The position numbers and the translations under genes were made by a program. The notes under the pieces were generated by a model. It did not search any database. It saw only the letters and a program-made list of their open reading frames with translations, and had not been told where the DNA came from. A stretch of 35,343 nt of DNA from Minisyncoccota bacterium. GTDB lineage: Bacteria > Patescibacteriota > Minisyncoccia > Phycocordibacterales > SW-6-46-9. Position 1 is the first letter of the stretch. Every line of letters starts with the position of its first letter. Below, in pieces: positions 7,067 to 14,509 of the stretch. Location: contig JBBDUH010000041.1 in NCBI GenBank assembly GCA_040904005.1, positions 1 through 35,343 of the forward strand. Reading direction: 5' to 3'.

Positions 7067-8458
7067 GTGACAAAGGTTCGTATTACAGCCATTTTGATTC
7101 TCATCGCCAGCGTTGCGCTAGGTTTTTTTGTATACAACACGGAGGCCGACGATGACTCTCCTTACCATCTTCAGTACGGCCTCGATCTTTCTGGTGGGGC
7201 ACACCTTGTTTATCAGGCCGATGTTTCTGGTCTAGACTCCTCTCAAATTGATCCGGCGATGTCTTCGCTGCGTGACATCATTGAGCAGCGGGTAAATGCG
7301 CTTGGCGTTTCTGAGCCATTAGTGCAGGTTGAGGAGAGTAGCATCAGTGGTGAGACGTACCACCGACTCATTGTGGAGTTGCCAGGAGTACAGGACGTTG
7401 AGGAGGCCAAGGCACAGATTGGCGAAGCACCACTGCTTGAGTTTAAGTTGCAGGTCAATCGAGCCAGTAGTCAGACGTTTGAGTTAGGGGAAGACGGTGT
7501 TGTTGCTACTTCTTCCGGGACAAATACTGTAGCTGATAATTATGAATCGACTGAGCCAGCTCTCACTGGTCGTTATGTAGAGAGTGCTCAGGTGCAGTTC
7601 GGTGGCTCCCAAGGGCTTTCAAATGAACCGGTAGTACTACTAAATTTTGATAAAGAAGGAGGTGAGATCTTCTCGCGGATTACTCAGGAGCATACTGGTG
7701 AGGTGCTTGGCGTATTTCTCGATGGCGAGCTCATCTCTAGCCCAGTCATCCAGCAGCACATTACTGGTGGTACCGCTCAAATTAGCGGTAGTTTCACCAC
7801 AGACGAGGCGCTTGAGCTGCGTGATCAGTTGAATCTCGGAGCTCTTCCGGTGCCGGTTGAGGTTGTTTCTGAACAGACTGTTGGTGCTTCCTTGGGGCAG
7901 GCGGTAAAAGAAGATGGCATTAAGGCCGGGATCATTGGTCTTATTATTGTCTCAATTTTTCTCATTCTCTGGTACCGCCTACCAGGACTGGTGGCGGTGG
8001 GTTCCTTGGCTATCTACATTCTTTTAATGCTCTTGATTTTCAAGCTGATTCCGGTAACACTGACAGCCGCTGGAATCGCTGGCTTCATTCTCTCTATCGG
8101 TATGGCGGTCGATGCTAATGTGCTCATCTTCGAGCGCATCAAAGAAGAGCTGGGTAATCCGAATACCACGATGCGTGATGTTGTTGAGGAAGGCTTCTCA
8201 CGGGCCTGGCCATCAATTCGTGATGCCAACATCTCCAGCATCATTACCGCTATCATTCTTTTCTACATTGGTACCACTCTGACGCAGGGCTTTGCTGTCA
8301 CCTTTGGGCTCGGAGTTATGGTCAGTATGTTGACGGCGATCTCTATCAGCCGCACCTTCCTGATTGCTGTGGCTGGAGAGACACGCACAAAGATCAAGCA
8401 CACTTTATTTGCCCCCGGACTCCGCACTGGCAATGAGTTTAATGAACACACCGACTAA
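7067..8458 (+). CDS. secD: Protein translocase subunit SecD
   Basis: N-terminal TM, periplasmic domain with GLDLSGGAHLVYQAD, and a C-terminal 5-TM block with GMAVDANVLIFERIKEEL. GTG start. Confidence 0.9.
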   Translation: MTKVRITAILILIASVALGFFVYNTEADDDSPYHLQYGLDLSGGAHLVYQADVSGLDSSQIDPAMSSLRDIIEQRVNALGVSEPLVQVEESSISGETYHRLIVELPGVQDVEEAKAQIGEAPLLEFKLQVNRASSQTFELGEDGVVATSSGTNTVADNYESTEPALTGRYVESAQVQFGGSQGLSNEPVVLLNFDKEGGEIFSRITQEHTGEVLGVFLDGELISSPVIQQHITGGTAQISGSFTTDEALELRDQLNLGALPVPVEVVSEQTVGASLGQAVKEDGIKAGIIGLIIVSIFLILWYRLPGLVAVGSLAIYILLMLLIFKLIPVTLTAAGIAGFILSIGMAVDANVLIFERIKEELGNPNTTMRDVVEEGFSRAWPSIRDANISSIITAIILFYIGTTLTQGFAVTFGLGVMVSMLTAISISRTFLIAVAGETRTKIKHTLFAPGLRTGNEFNEHTD

Positions 8459-8459
8459 C

Positions 8460-9428
8460 ATGATCGTTATTAAGTACAAAAACATATTCTTAGCCATTGG
8501 CGCTTTAATCATTGCTGCTGCTATTGCTATTATCAGTATCTTTGGCCTTTCTTTCGGTATCGACTTTACGGGCGGCTCAATTCTGGAGGTCAGCTTTGTT
8601 GGTGATCGTCCAGGGATCACTGCAACCGAGGATGCCGTTGCTGGAGTTGGTATTGAGAGTGTTTCGGTACAGCCGACTGGCGAAAATGGCTACATAATTC
8701 GCTCATCCTTCCTCCAGGAGGGTCAGCGCAGCCAAGTACTAACTGCGTTAGCTGATATTTCTGGTACCTCAACCGAGGCAGCAACAACCAGCACCAGCAC
8801 AGCATCAGAAGGGGTAACCACAATCGGAAATGTGACCGAGAATCGTTTCGCCTCCATTGGTCCGACAGTTGGGAGCGAGTTAGCTCGTTTAGCCATTTAC
8901 GGCATCATTGCCGTTGTTCTTGCCATCATTCTCTTCGTCACCTTTGCCTTCCGCAAGGTATCCAAGCCAATCTCTTCCTGGATGTATGGGTCAGTCGCGA
9001 TCGCTGCTCTTATTCACGATATTATGGTGCCGACCGCCGTCTTTGCAATTCTTAGGGTTACCATCGGTGCTCAGGTTGACCTGTTGTTTGTGATGGCGCT
9101 GTTGGCGATTCTTGGCTTCTCTGTTAATGACACCATCGTTGTTTTTGACCGTATCCGCGAGAATCTGCACGAAACCTACGAAAAAAATCGTGGCGAAAGC
9201 TTCGCTGACACTGTCGGCAAAAGCCTCACACAAACGTATGCTCGCTCTATCAATACTTCTCTTACCACTCTGACTGTCCTGCTCTTTCTGTATCTGCTGG
9301 GTGGTGAGTCGACACAGCTTTTTGCCCTCACCCTACTCGTTGGTGTAGTCGCTGGTACATATAGCTCTATTTTCATCGCGAGTCCATTGCTTGTTAAGAT
9401 TAGGGAGTGGCAAAAAAACTCCGACTAA
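8460..9428 (+). CDS. secF: Protein translocase subunit SecF
   Basis: GIDFTGGSILEV and FSVNDTIVVFDRIREN motifs. ATG 8460 directly follows the secD stop; ATGs at 8433 and 8442 are alternatives. Confidence 0.9.
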   Translation: MIVIKYKNIFLAIGALIIAAAIAIISIFGLSFGIDFTGGSILEVSFVGDRPGITATEDAVAGVGIESVSVQPTGENGYIIRSSFLQEGQRSQVLTALADISGTSTEAATTSTSTASEGVTTIGNVTENRFASIGPTVGSELARLAIYGIIAVVLAIILFVTFAFRKVSKPISSWMYGSVAIAALIHDIMVPTAVFAILRVTIGAQVDLLFVMALLAILGFSVNDTIVVFDRIRENLHETYEKNRGESFADTVGKSLTQTYARSINTSLTTLTVLLFLYLLGGESTQLFALTLLVGVVAGTYSSIFIASPLLVKIREWQKNSD

Positions 9429-9472
9429 CCGCACTTGCCTCGTAGCCGGCTTTGCTATAGTACCGGGGTAGG

Positions 9473-9520
9473 TCTATATGTATCGCCAGCACTCTTCTTG
9501 TTAAGATTAGAGAGTGGTAG
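9473..9520 (+). pseudogene. Duplicated fragment of the secF 3' end (12 recognisable codons plus stop)
   Basis: atcgccagcactcttcttgttaagattagagagtggtag translates to IASTLLVKIREW*, compared with the secF C-terminus IASPLLVKIREWQKNSD*. The core cttgttaagattagRgagtgg matches at 21 of 22 positions, offset 108 nt. Confidence 0.65.
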
Positions 9521-9643
9521 AAGAATGCTGATTAGGATTTTAATACTTGACAAAGTATGTATGAATGTTAAGGTAATAGTCAGAAACTAAAACAAGGCGC
9601 TCTTTTTAGCGCTCTCATTTAAAATCAACAAGAGGTATATGAA

Positions 9644-10468
9644 ATGGAAAGCTTTCCAATTTATATCGCAATTGACGATATTTCCGATGCGCAGGCGGTT
9701 GGTGTCATGAATATCGACCAACATCTGAAAAATATTCAGGAAGGGGACAGGATAAGACTTCATATTGAAATACATCGCCCCAGAATGTTTTCTTTTTCGG
9801 TTGATGGCGCAAAGAATGTTACCGGAAGGAAGGATTATGCTGAAGATGGCACCCGGAAGAGGTACAGGCAAACTATCCCAGTAAAGAAAACAAATCCCAG
9901 CAAAGAGTCTAGCCGGCAAAGTGGAATTTTACACACTGAAAATTCCCAGAACAACATTCGCCTCATAGAATTTAAGGATGAGGGAGAGGTAGAGATATGG
10001 GAGGTCGCAGTCATTTCTCGCTACGGAAAATTTTTCCTCACGACACAGAGAGTTTACAGCTTCTTCTGTCGTCGTGAAGATCAATCTCTAATATCAGAAC
10101 GTTTTGGCCCAGAAAGTCCAAATGCTTGGCCACAACTGATGGACTACATGGAGTTTTCGCTGAAAGAAAGAGAACTTTTTGCTGGTCTTCCCGAGTTCTG
10201 TAAAGAGAGGTTGAATCCGCCGATGATTCCAGAGGAAGAAAATATTGGAGTTGTTATCTGGTTTAATGTTCGCACCGGCGTTGGTATGATTCTGACAAAA
10301 GAAGGTGAATCCAGGGTCTATTTCTATGACCTCGAAATTACCGAAAGAGGTCCTGGTTTTCTCTATCCTGGTGAGAGAGTGTCTTACGAAGAGATCACTC
10401 TTCCACCTAGAGAGGATTCCCATTCAACATCCATACAAAGACAAGCAGTGGGTGTTTGCCTGCTGTAA
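9644..10468 (+). CDS. Hypothetical protein with a C-terminal cold-shock-domain-like (OB-fold) segment
   Basis: 274-aa ORF with SD (agaggt) upstream. The C-terminal GVVIWFNVRTGVGMILTKEGESRVYFYDLEI...GFLYPGERVSYEEI parallels CspA-type GxVKWFNxxKGFGFI...VFVH...G.xV.F.. spacing. The N-terminal 200 aa are unrecognised. Confidence 0.55.
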   Translation: MESFPIYIAIDDISDAQAVGVMNIDQHLKNIQEGDRIRLHIEIHRPRMFSFSVDGAKNVTGRKDYAEDGTRKRYRQTIPVKKTNPSKESSRQSGILHTENSQNNIRLIEFKDEGEVEIWEVAVISRYGKFFLTTQRVYSFFCRREDQSLISERFGPESPNAWPQLMDYMEFSLKERELFAGLPEFCKERLNPPMIPEEENIGVVIWFNVRTGVGMILTKEGESRVYFYDLEITERGPGFLYPGERVSYEEITLPPREDSHSTSIQRQAVGVCLL

Positions 10469-10489
10469 TTGGCTCATTCATTTAAATCT

Positions 10490-10526
10490 GGCCTGTGCTA
10501 TTAATTTAGCACGGGCCTTTACTTTG
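10490..10526 (+). terminator. Rho-independent terminator after the 274-aa ORF
   Basis: 11-bp stem ggcctgtgcta/tagcacgggcc (one G.U), loop ttaatt, then tttactttg. Confidence 0.6.
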
Positions 10527-10574
10527 ATTACAAGAAGCGGTATTATGAACGTCGTATTGCGCCCGAAAGGGTGC

Positions 10575-10611
10575 TTTATGTCTAAAAAAACATGTTTTTG
10601 TTAGACATAAA
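10575..10611. promoter_or_regulatory. 37-nt near-perfect palindrome upstream of secE (operator or hairpin candidate)
   Basis: tttatgtctaaaaaaacatgtttttgttagacataaa reads as its own reverse complement apart from one central-arm mismatch. Confidence 0.4.
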
Positions 10612-10684
10612 TTTCTGTGATCGCATCCTGCTTTAACTTTAACGGGTTTGCGAACACTCATTCAAAGGTAGATAAAATAAAAAA

Positions 10685-10867
10685 ATGATGAAACCGATCA
10701 AGTATCTCAAAGAAGTACAGCACGAACTAGGGAAGGTCAGCTGGCCAACCCAGCGTCAGTCAGTGTACATCACCGCTTTGGTGATCGTTCTTTCTGTAGG
10801 CATTGCTTACTACTTGGGAGCTTTTGACCAGATTTTTACCGCTATTTTCCAAAACTTCGTCCTCTAA
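10685..10867 (+). CDS. secE: Preprotein translocase subunit SecE
   Basis: 60 aa. KYLKEVQHELGKVSWPT followed by a single TM. Canonical position before nusG. Confidence 0.85.
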   Translation: MMKPIKYLKEVQHELGKVSWPTQRQSVYITALVIVLSVGIAYYLGAFDQIFTAIFQNFVL

Positions 10868-10870
10868 TAT

Positions 10871-11437
10871 ATGAGTGAAACTGATACAAACAACAATCTT
10901 CTCGCTGAAGATGATAGCAAGCACTGGTACGCGATTCATACCTATGCCGGGTATGAGGATGCTGTGGCTCGCAATCTACAGCAGCGTATCGACAGCATGG
11001 ACATGGGAAATCTTATTTTCGATGTCATTGTCCCAACCAAGCAGGTGATGAAGGTGAAGCGCGGTAAGCGCGTTGAAGAGCAGGAACGCATCTATCCGGG
11101 TTATGTTTTGGTACAGATGAAGATCACCGAGGACTCCTGGTACGTGGTGCGTAATACACCACGAGTGACCGGCTTCGTTGGCTCCGGAACACAACCAGAC
11201 CCTCTTGCAGCCTACGAGGTAAAGGAACTATTCAGTCAGATGAGCGCTGACTCTACTGAGCACGAGATCAATCTTTCTGAAGGCGATGCTGTACGCGTCA
11301 TCAACGGACCCTTCGACGAGCTCGAGGGGACTGTCTCCGAGATTGATCGGGAGCGCGGTAAGGTGAAGGTGCTCGTCAACATGTTTGGTCGTGAGACTCC
11401 AGTTGAACTTGATTTTCTTCAGGTTCAAAGTATTTAG
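10871..11437 (+). CDS. nusG: Transcription termination/antitermination factor NusG
   Basis: WYAIHTYAGYEDAV NGN start, PGYVLVQM, and a C-terminal KOW (GDAVRVINGPFDELEGTVSEID). Confidence 0.9.
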   Translation: MSETDTNNNLLAEDDSKHWYAIHTYAGYEDAVARNLQQRIDSMDMGNLIFDVIVPTKQVMKVKRGKRVEEQERIYPGYVLVQMKITEDSWYVVRNTPRVTGFVGSGTQPDPLAAYEVKELFSQMSADSTEHEINLSEGDAVRVINGPFDELEGTVSEIDRERGKVKVLVNMFGRETPVELDFLQVQSI

Positions 11438-11560
11438 GAAAAATAAGGAGTAAAAATTTTTTACGACTATATTTTTCTTAACCCGCGCCCTCAATCACTT
11501 GATTTTAGTACGCAAAATAGTACACTTTAGAAGCTACAAAATACCTAATAAGCTAGAAAC

Positions 11561-11983
11561 ATGGCTCAACTACAACGAACAATGAAACTGCAGATCAAAG
11601 CTGGCCAAGCCAGTCCGGCTCCTCCCATTGGACCGGCCCTTGGTCAGGTTGGTGTTAATATTGGTGAGTTTGTCACTCGTTTCAATGAAGCTACGGCTGA
11701 GATGGGTGGTGATCTAATCCCAGTAGTTATCTCTGTTTACGACGATCGTAGTTTTGATCTTGAGTTCAAGTCTCCGCCCGCTTCTAGTCTTATCCTTAAG
11801 AAGGCCGGTATCAAGAGCGGTGCTGCTGACATTTTGAACGAAGTAGCTGGATCCATCACCAAGGCGCAGGTACGTGAAATCTCTGAGCAGAAGTTCGCTG
11901 ATCTTTCTGCTAACGACCTCGAAGCCGCCGACAAGATCATCATGGGCACGTGTAGAAGTATGGGTATTGAGGTAAAGGGTTAG
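11561..11983 (+). CDS. rplK: 50S ribosomal protein L11
   Basis: [34 protein letters not shown] is the L11 N-terminal signature. 140 aa. Confidence 0.95.
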   Translation: MAQLQRTMKLQIKAGQASPAPPIGPALGQVGVNIGEFVTRFNEATAEMGGDLIPVVISVYDDRSFDLEFKSPPASSLILKKAGIKSGAADILNEVAGSITKAQVREISEQKFADLSANDLEAADKIIMGTCRSMGIEVKG

Positions 11984-12090
11984 TTATTATGCTTCTAACC
12001 AATAAAAAATCTATCTGGTCATCTTTTGTAAACACATCTGTCTAACTGAGGGCAGATGTTGTAAAATACTTTAAATTATTGTTTTCCAGC

Positions 12091-12113
12091 ACCTGCCTTT
12101 GGCAGGTTTTTTA
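12091..12113 (+). terminator. Rho-independent terminator immediately after rplK
   Basis: acctgcc-ttt-ggcaggt followed by ttttt. Confidence 0.75.
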
Positions 12114-12138
12114 ATTGGAATCTAAAAACGGAGGAAAA

Positions 12139-12543
12139 GTGATAGTTCTTTCACAAACTAAACAGGAAGAAGTAATTAGAGAAGCAAAAAGCCATACTGG
12201 AACTCCTTATTCTCGTCGGAGTTTTAACTGCGAGCACTTTGTTCGGCTAGTTTATAAAAAGGTTTTAGGTTCTTCGAAGCTTCCGTGCTTGTCGAAGAAT
12301 CTCAGAGAAGGAGATCTAAAATACCATCAAGACCATGATTATTGCTTCAGAGGTTATGTTCTTTACCTTGTTAAGAAAGATAGAGTTGAAATGAAGCGCT
12401 GTAGTCATCTCGCGATTCTAAACCAGGAAACAGTAATTCACTGTAGCTATTATTTTGGAAGTTGTGTTGTAGAGACTGATCTATATGAGATTCTCTCAAA
12501 ATATCGACTCTCTACCTTAATTAATAAAAGCAAGACTACGTAA
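12139..12543 (+). CDS. Small NlpC/P60-superfamily (papain-like) cysteine hydrolase, no signal peptide
   Basis: GTPYSRRSFNCEHFVRLVY provides the catalytic Cys in an NCEHF context. Downstream SHLAILNQETVIHCS provides His...His in canonical Cys-then-His order. GTG 12139 is preceded by ggagga; the track ORF starts at TTG 12115. Confidence 0.55.
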   Translation: MIVLSQTKQEEVIREAKSHTGTPYSRRSFNCEHFVRLVYKKVLGSSKLPCLSKNLREGDLKYHQDHDYCFRGYVLYLVKKDRVEMKRCSHLAILNQETVIHCSYYFGSCVVETDLYEILSKYRLSTLINKSKTT

Positions 12544-12635
12544 GTCTTGCTTTTTTGTTTTACAAAAATTGTATTTCTTGTATGCTAGAAGCTAGAACAA
12601 ATTTGTAACTTTAAAATATAAAGAAGGAGGTCCAC

Positions 12636-13277
12636 ATGGACGTTATACACAATCATCCTAGATGGGGTAAGCTCGTTGAGGCTTGTTCACAAGTTCCGCC
12701 AACTAAAATTGAGTCTAATAACAAGAAAACCCGCCTCAAGCGCTGGGAACCATACGTAAAAGCTGGATATGCAGTGCACCATCAGACAGTCACTGATCAT
12801 CTTGTTCTGGTAAAGCAGGCTGTAGCACCGATGGTAGTGGACGCACTTGCAGATCTTAATGAACTCAGCAGGAGAGAGATAATGGATAAGTTGGAAGACT
12901 ATCATTCTGCTGATACGGTTTCTTTCGATAACCACGATTTTTCAACGCCAAAAGAAGACCTTGTAGTTGAGGCAATTATGCGCATTACCTGCCTGTGCTA
13001 CGCATTCAGTCAGAATCTTTTACTGGAGGAAAAAAGCCCCGGAAATTCAGAGCAGATTCTGGTTGATACCTTAAATTTAGAAGGCCCTCATCTCGATCGA
13101 CTTTCTGGATCACTAAATGGTTTTTTGAAAGAATTTTGGCCGGATGAGATTAGCCGAGCCTGCTGTGAATTTGTGGAAGGCCGGGTTGAAAAAACTCCCA
13201 ATCTCACCCACAAGGCTAATGATTTCAGTGGTAATCCAAAGGTTTGGGAGCCAGTTCAGTTAGTGATGCCAGTTTAA
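12636..13277 (+). CDS. Hypothetical protein (213 aa), no recognisable domain
   Basis: Strong SD aaggagg 6 nt before the ATG. Clean ORF ending at a bidirectional terminator. Confidence 0.6.
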   Translation: MDVIHNHPRWGKLVEACSQVPPTKIESNNKKTRLKRWEPYVKAGYAVHHQTVTDHLVLVKQAVAPMVVDALADLNELSRREIMDKLEDYHSADTVSFDNHDFSTPKEDLVVEAIMRITCLCYAFSQNLLLEEKSPGNSEQILVDTLNLEGPHLDRLSGSLNGFLKEFWPDEISRACCEFVEGRVEKTPNLTHKANDFSGNPKVWEPVQLVMPV

Positions 13278-13293
13278 TCAAAATCGTAAACTC

Positions 13294-13332
13294 AATCCCT
13301 TGTCAGTCATATGGCAAGGGATTTTATTTTTT
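13294..13332. terminator. Bidirectional hairpin terminator between convergent genes (213-aa ORF and folA)
   Basis: aatcccttg/caagggatt 9-bp stem followed by ttttatttttt. It overlaps the folA stop. Confidence 0.6.
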
Positions 13333-13839
13333 CTCCAGGGTCAAAAAAGTGTACTCTAAACTATCACCATGACTTTCTCTGGATACTTCGTTAAATTGGT
13401 CTTCATACTTTGGAAAGAAGGTATCGCCTCTATCATCAGAATCAACTAAGGTTAAGTATAGTTTATCGGTCTTTGGCAGTGTCTGCTCATAGATAGTCGC
13501 GCCGCCGATGATAAAAAGCTCGTTCTGATCATTTCCTTCTGACCATTTCTTTGCATAAGCAACTGCTTCATCCAGGCTGTGCTTTAACACTCCACCAGGA
13601 GCTCCGTACACTTCATCGCGAGTAAGCACAATGTTCTCTCTTCCTGGTAGCGGACGTACACTCTCCGGCAGTGACTCCCAGGTTTTTCGGCCCATAATCA
13701 CCGCTTTGCCGCTAGTTAGTTGTTTAAAGCGCTCCAGGTCTTCAGGGATATGCCAGAGTAATTCATTACCTTTTCCAATCTGTCGTTGACTTCCCAGTGC
13801 TGCAATGGCGCTAACTGTAATGTCATTATTCTCACTCAT
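13324..13839 (-). CDS. folA: Dihydrofolate reductase
   Basis: ISAIAALGSQRQIGKGNELLWHIPEDLERFKQLTSGKAVIMGRKTWESLP...RPLPGRENIVLTR matches the DHFR core. 171 aa. Confidence 0.9.
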   Translation of the reverse strand: MSENNDITVSAIAALGSQRQIGKGNELLWHIPEDLERFKQLTSGKAVIMGRKTWESLPESVRPLPGRENIVLTRDEVYGAPGGVLKHSLDEAVAYAKKWSEGNDQNELFIIGGATIYEQTLPKTDKLYLTLVDSDDRGDTFFPKYEDQFNEVSRESHGDSLEYTFLTLEKK

Positions 13840-13841
13840 TA

Positions 13842-13859
13842 CTTCTAGTATACTAGAAG
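13842..13859. promoter_or_regulatory. Perfect 18-nt palindrome containing TATACT on both strands, between divergent folA and the nucleotidyltransferase gene
   Basis: cttctagtatactagaag. On the minus strand TATACT ends 7 nt before the folA ATG. Confidence 0.45.
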
Positions 13860-13868
13860 TAAGAAAGA

Positions 13869-14507
13869 ATGTGGTTAACTTTTAAGTTTATGTCTGAAAA
13901 ACATTTCATTGAGCATAGGATACTTTTTGGTCAAAAATCAAACTTGCCAAAAAGATTTAGTTCTGACCATGAAACAACTAAAGAGCTTATAGAAAGATAT
14001 CGTTCTATGGGGAAAAAGATCGTTCTTACTCAAGGATCTTTTGACATGATCCATATTGGACATGCACGATATTTGGAGGAAGCAAAAAAACACGGGGATA
14101 TTCTGCTCGTGGGCATTGATAGCGATGAAAAGGTAAGAAGCCGAAAAGGCGAACATCGCCCAGTTGTTCCTCAGGAAGAACGTTTAGAGATGCTCGTGCA
14201 TCTTCGCTCAGTTGATTTAGTGACCATTAAAGAACACTCAGATCCTAAATGGCATCTAATAAAAATCGTCCGCCCTGACATTCTTATTATTACTGAGCGA
14301 ATGGATTACTCAGAGGAAGCAAAAAAGGAGCTAGAAAAACTATGCGGAAAAATTGTACTACTTCAGTCTCAGGCAACAACCAGCACCAGTGCTCGTGTTC
14401 GAAATCTGCATACCAGTGGGGCTGATAATGTCACTAAGCGGATAATGGAAAAGTTCCCCACCTTGGTAGCAGAAGTGTTTGAGGAAGTTAAGAATAAGAA
14501 TATTTAA
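13869..14507 (+). CDS. Cytidylyltransferase-like nucleotidyltransferase (RfaE domain II / RibL-like)
   Basis: KIVLTQGSFDMIHIGHARYLEEAKKHGDILLVGIDSDEKVRSRKGEHRPVVPQEERLEMLVHLRSVDLV contains the HxGH motif and the fold pattern. The start could instead be ATG 13890. Confidence 0.7.
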   Translation: MWLTFKFMSEKHFIEHRILFGQKSNLPKRFSSDHETTKELIERYRSMGKKIVLTQGSFDMIHIGHARYLEEAKKHGDILLVGIDSDEKVRSRKGEHRPVVPQEERLEMLVHLRSVDLVTIKEHSDPKWHLIKIVRPDILIITERMDYSEEAKKELEKLCGKIVLLQSQATTSTSARVRNLHTSGADNVTKRIMEKFPTLVAEVFEEVKNKNI

Positions 14508-14509
14508 TT

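Noticed and set aside
9587-10604. ORFs 9587..9919 (-), 10094..10423 (-) and 10305..10604 (+)
   Set aside because: They overlap the better-supported 274-aa plus-strand ORF, which has an SD and a terminator, or they run through its terminator and the palindrome. No supporting signals.
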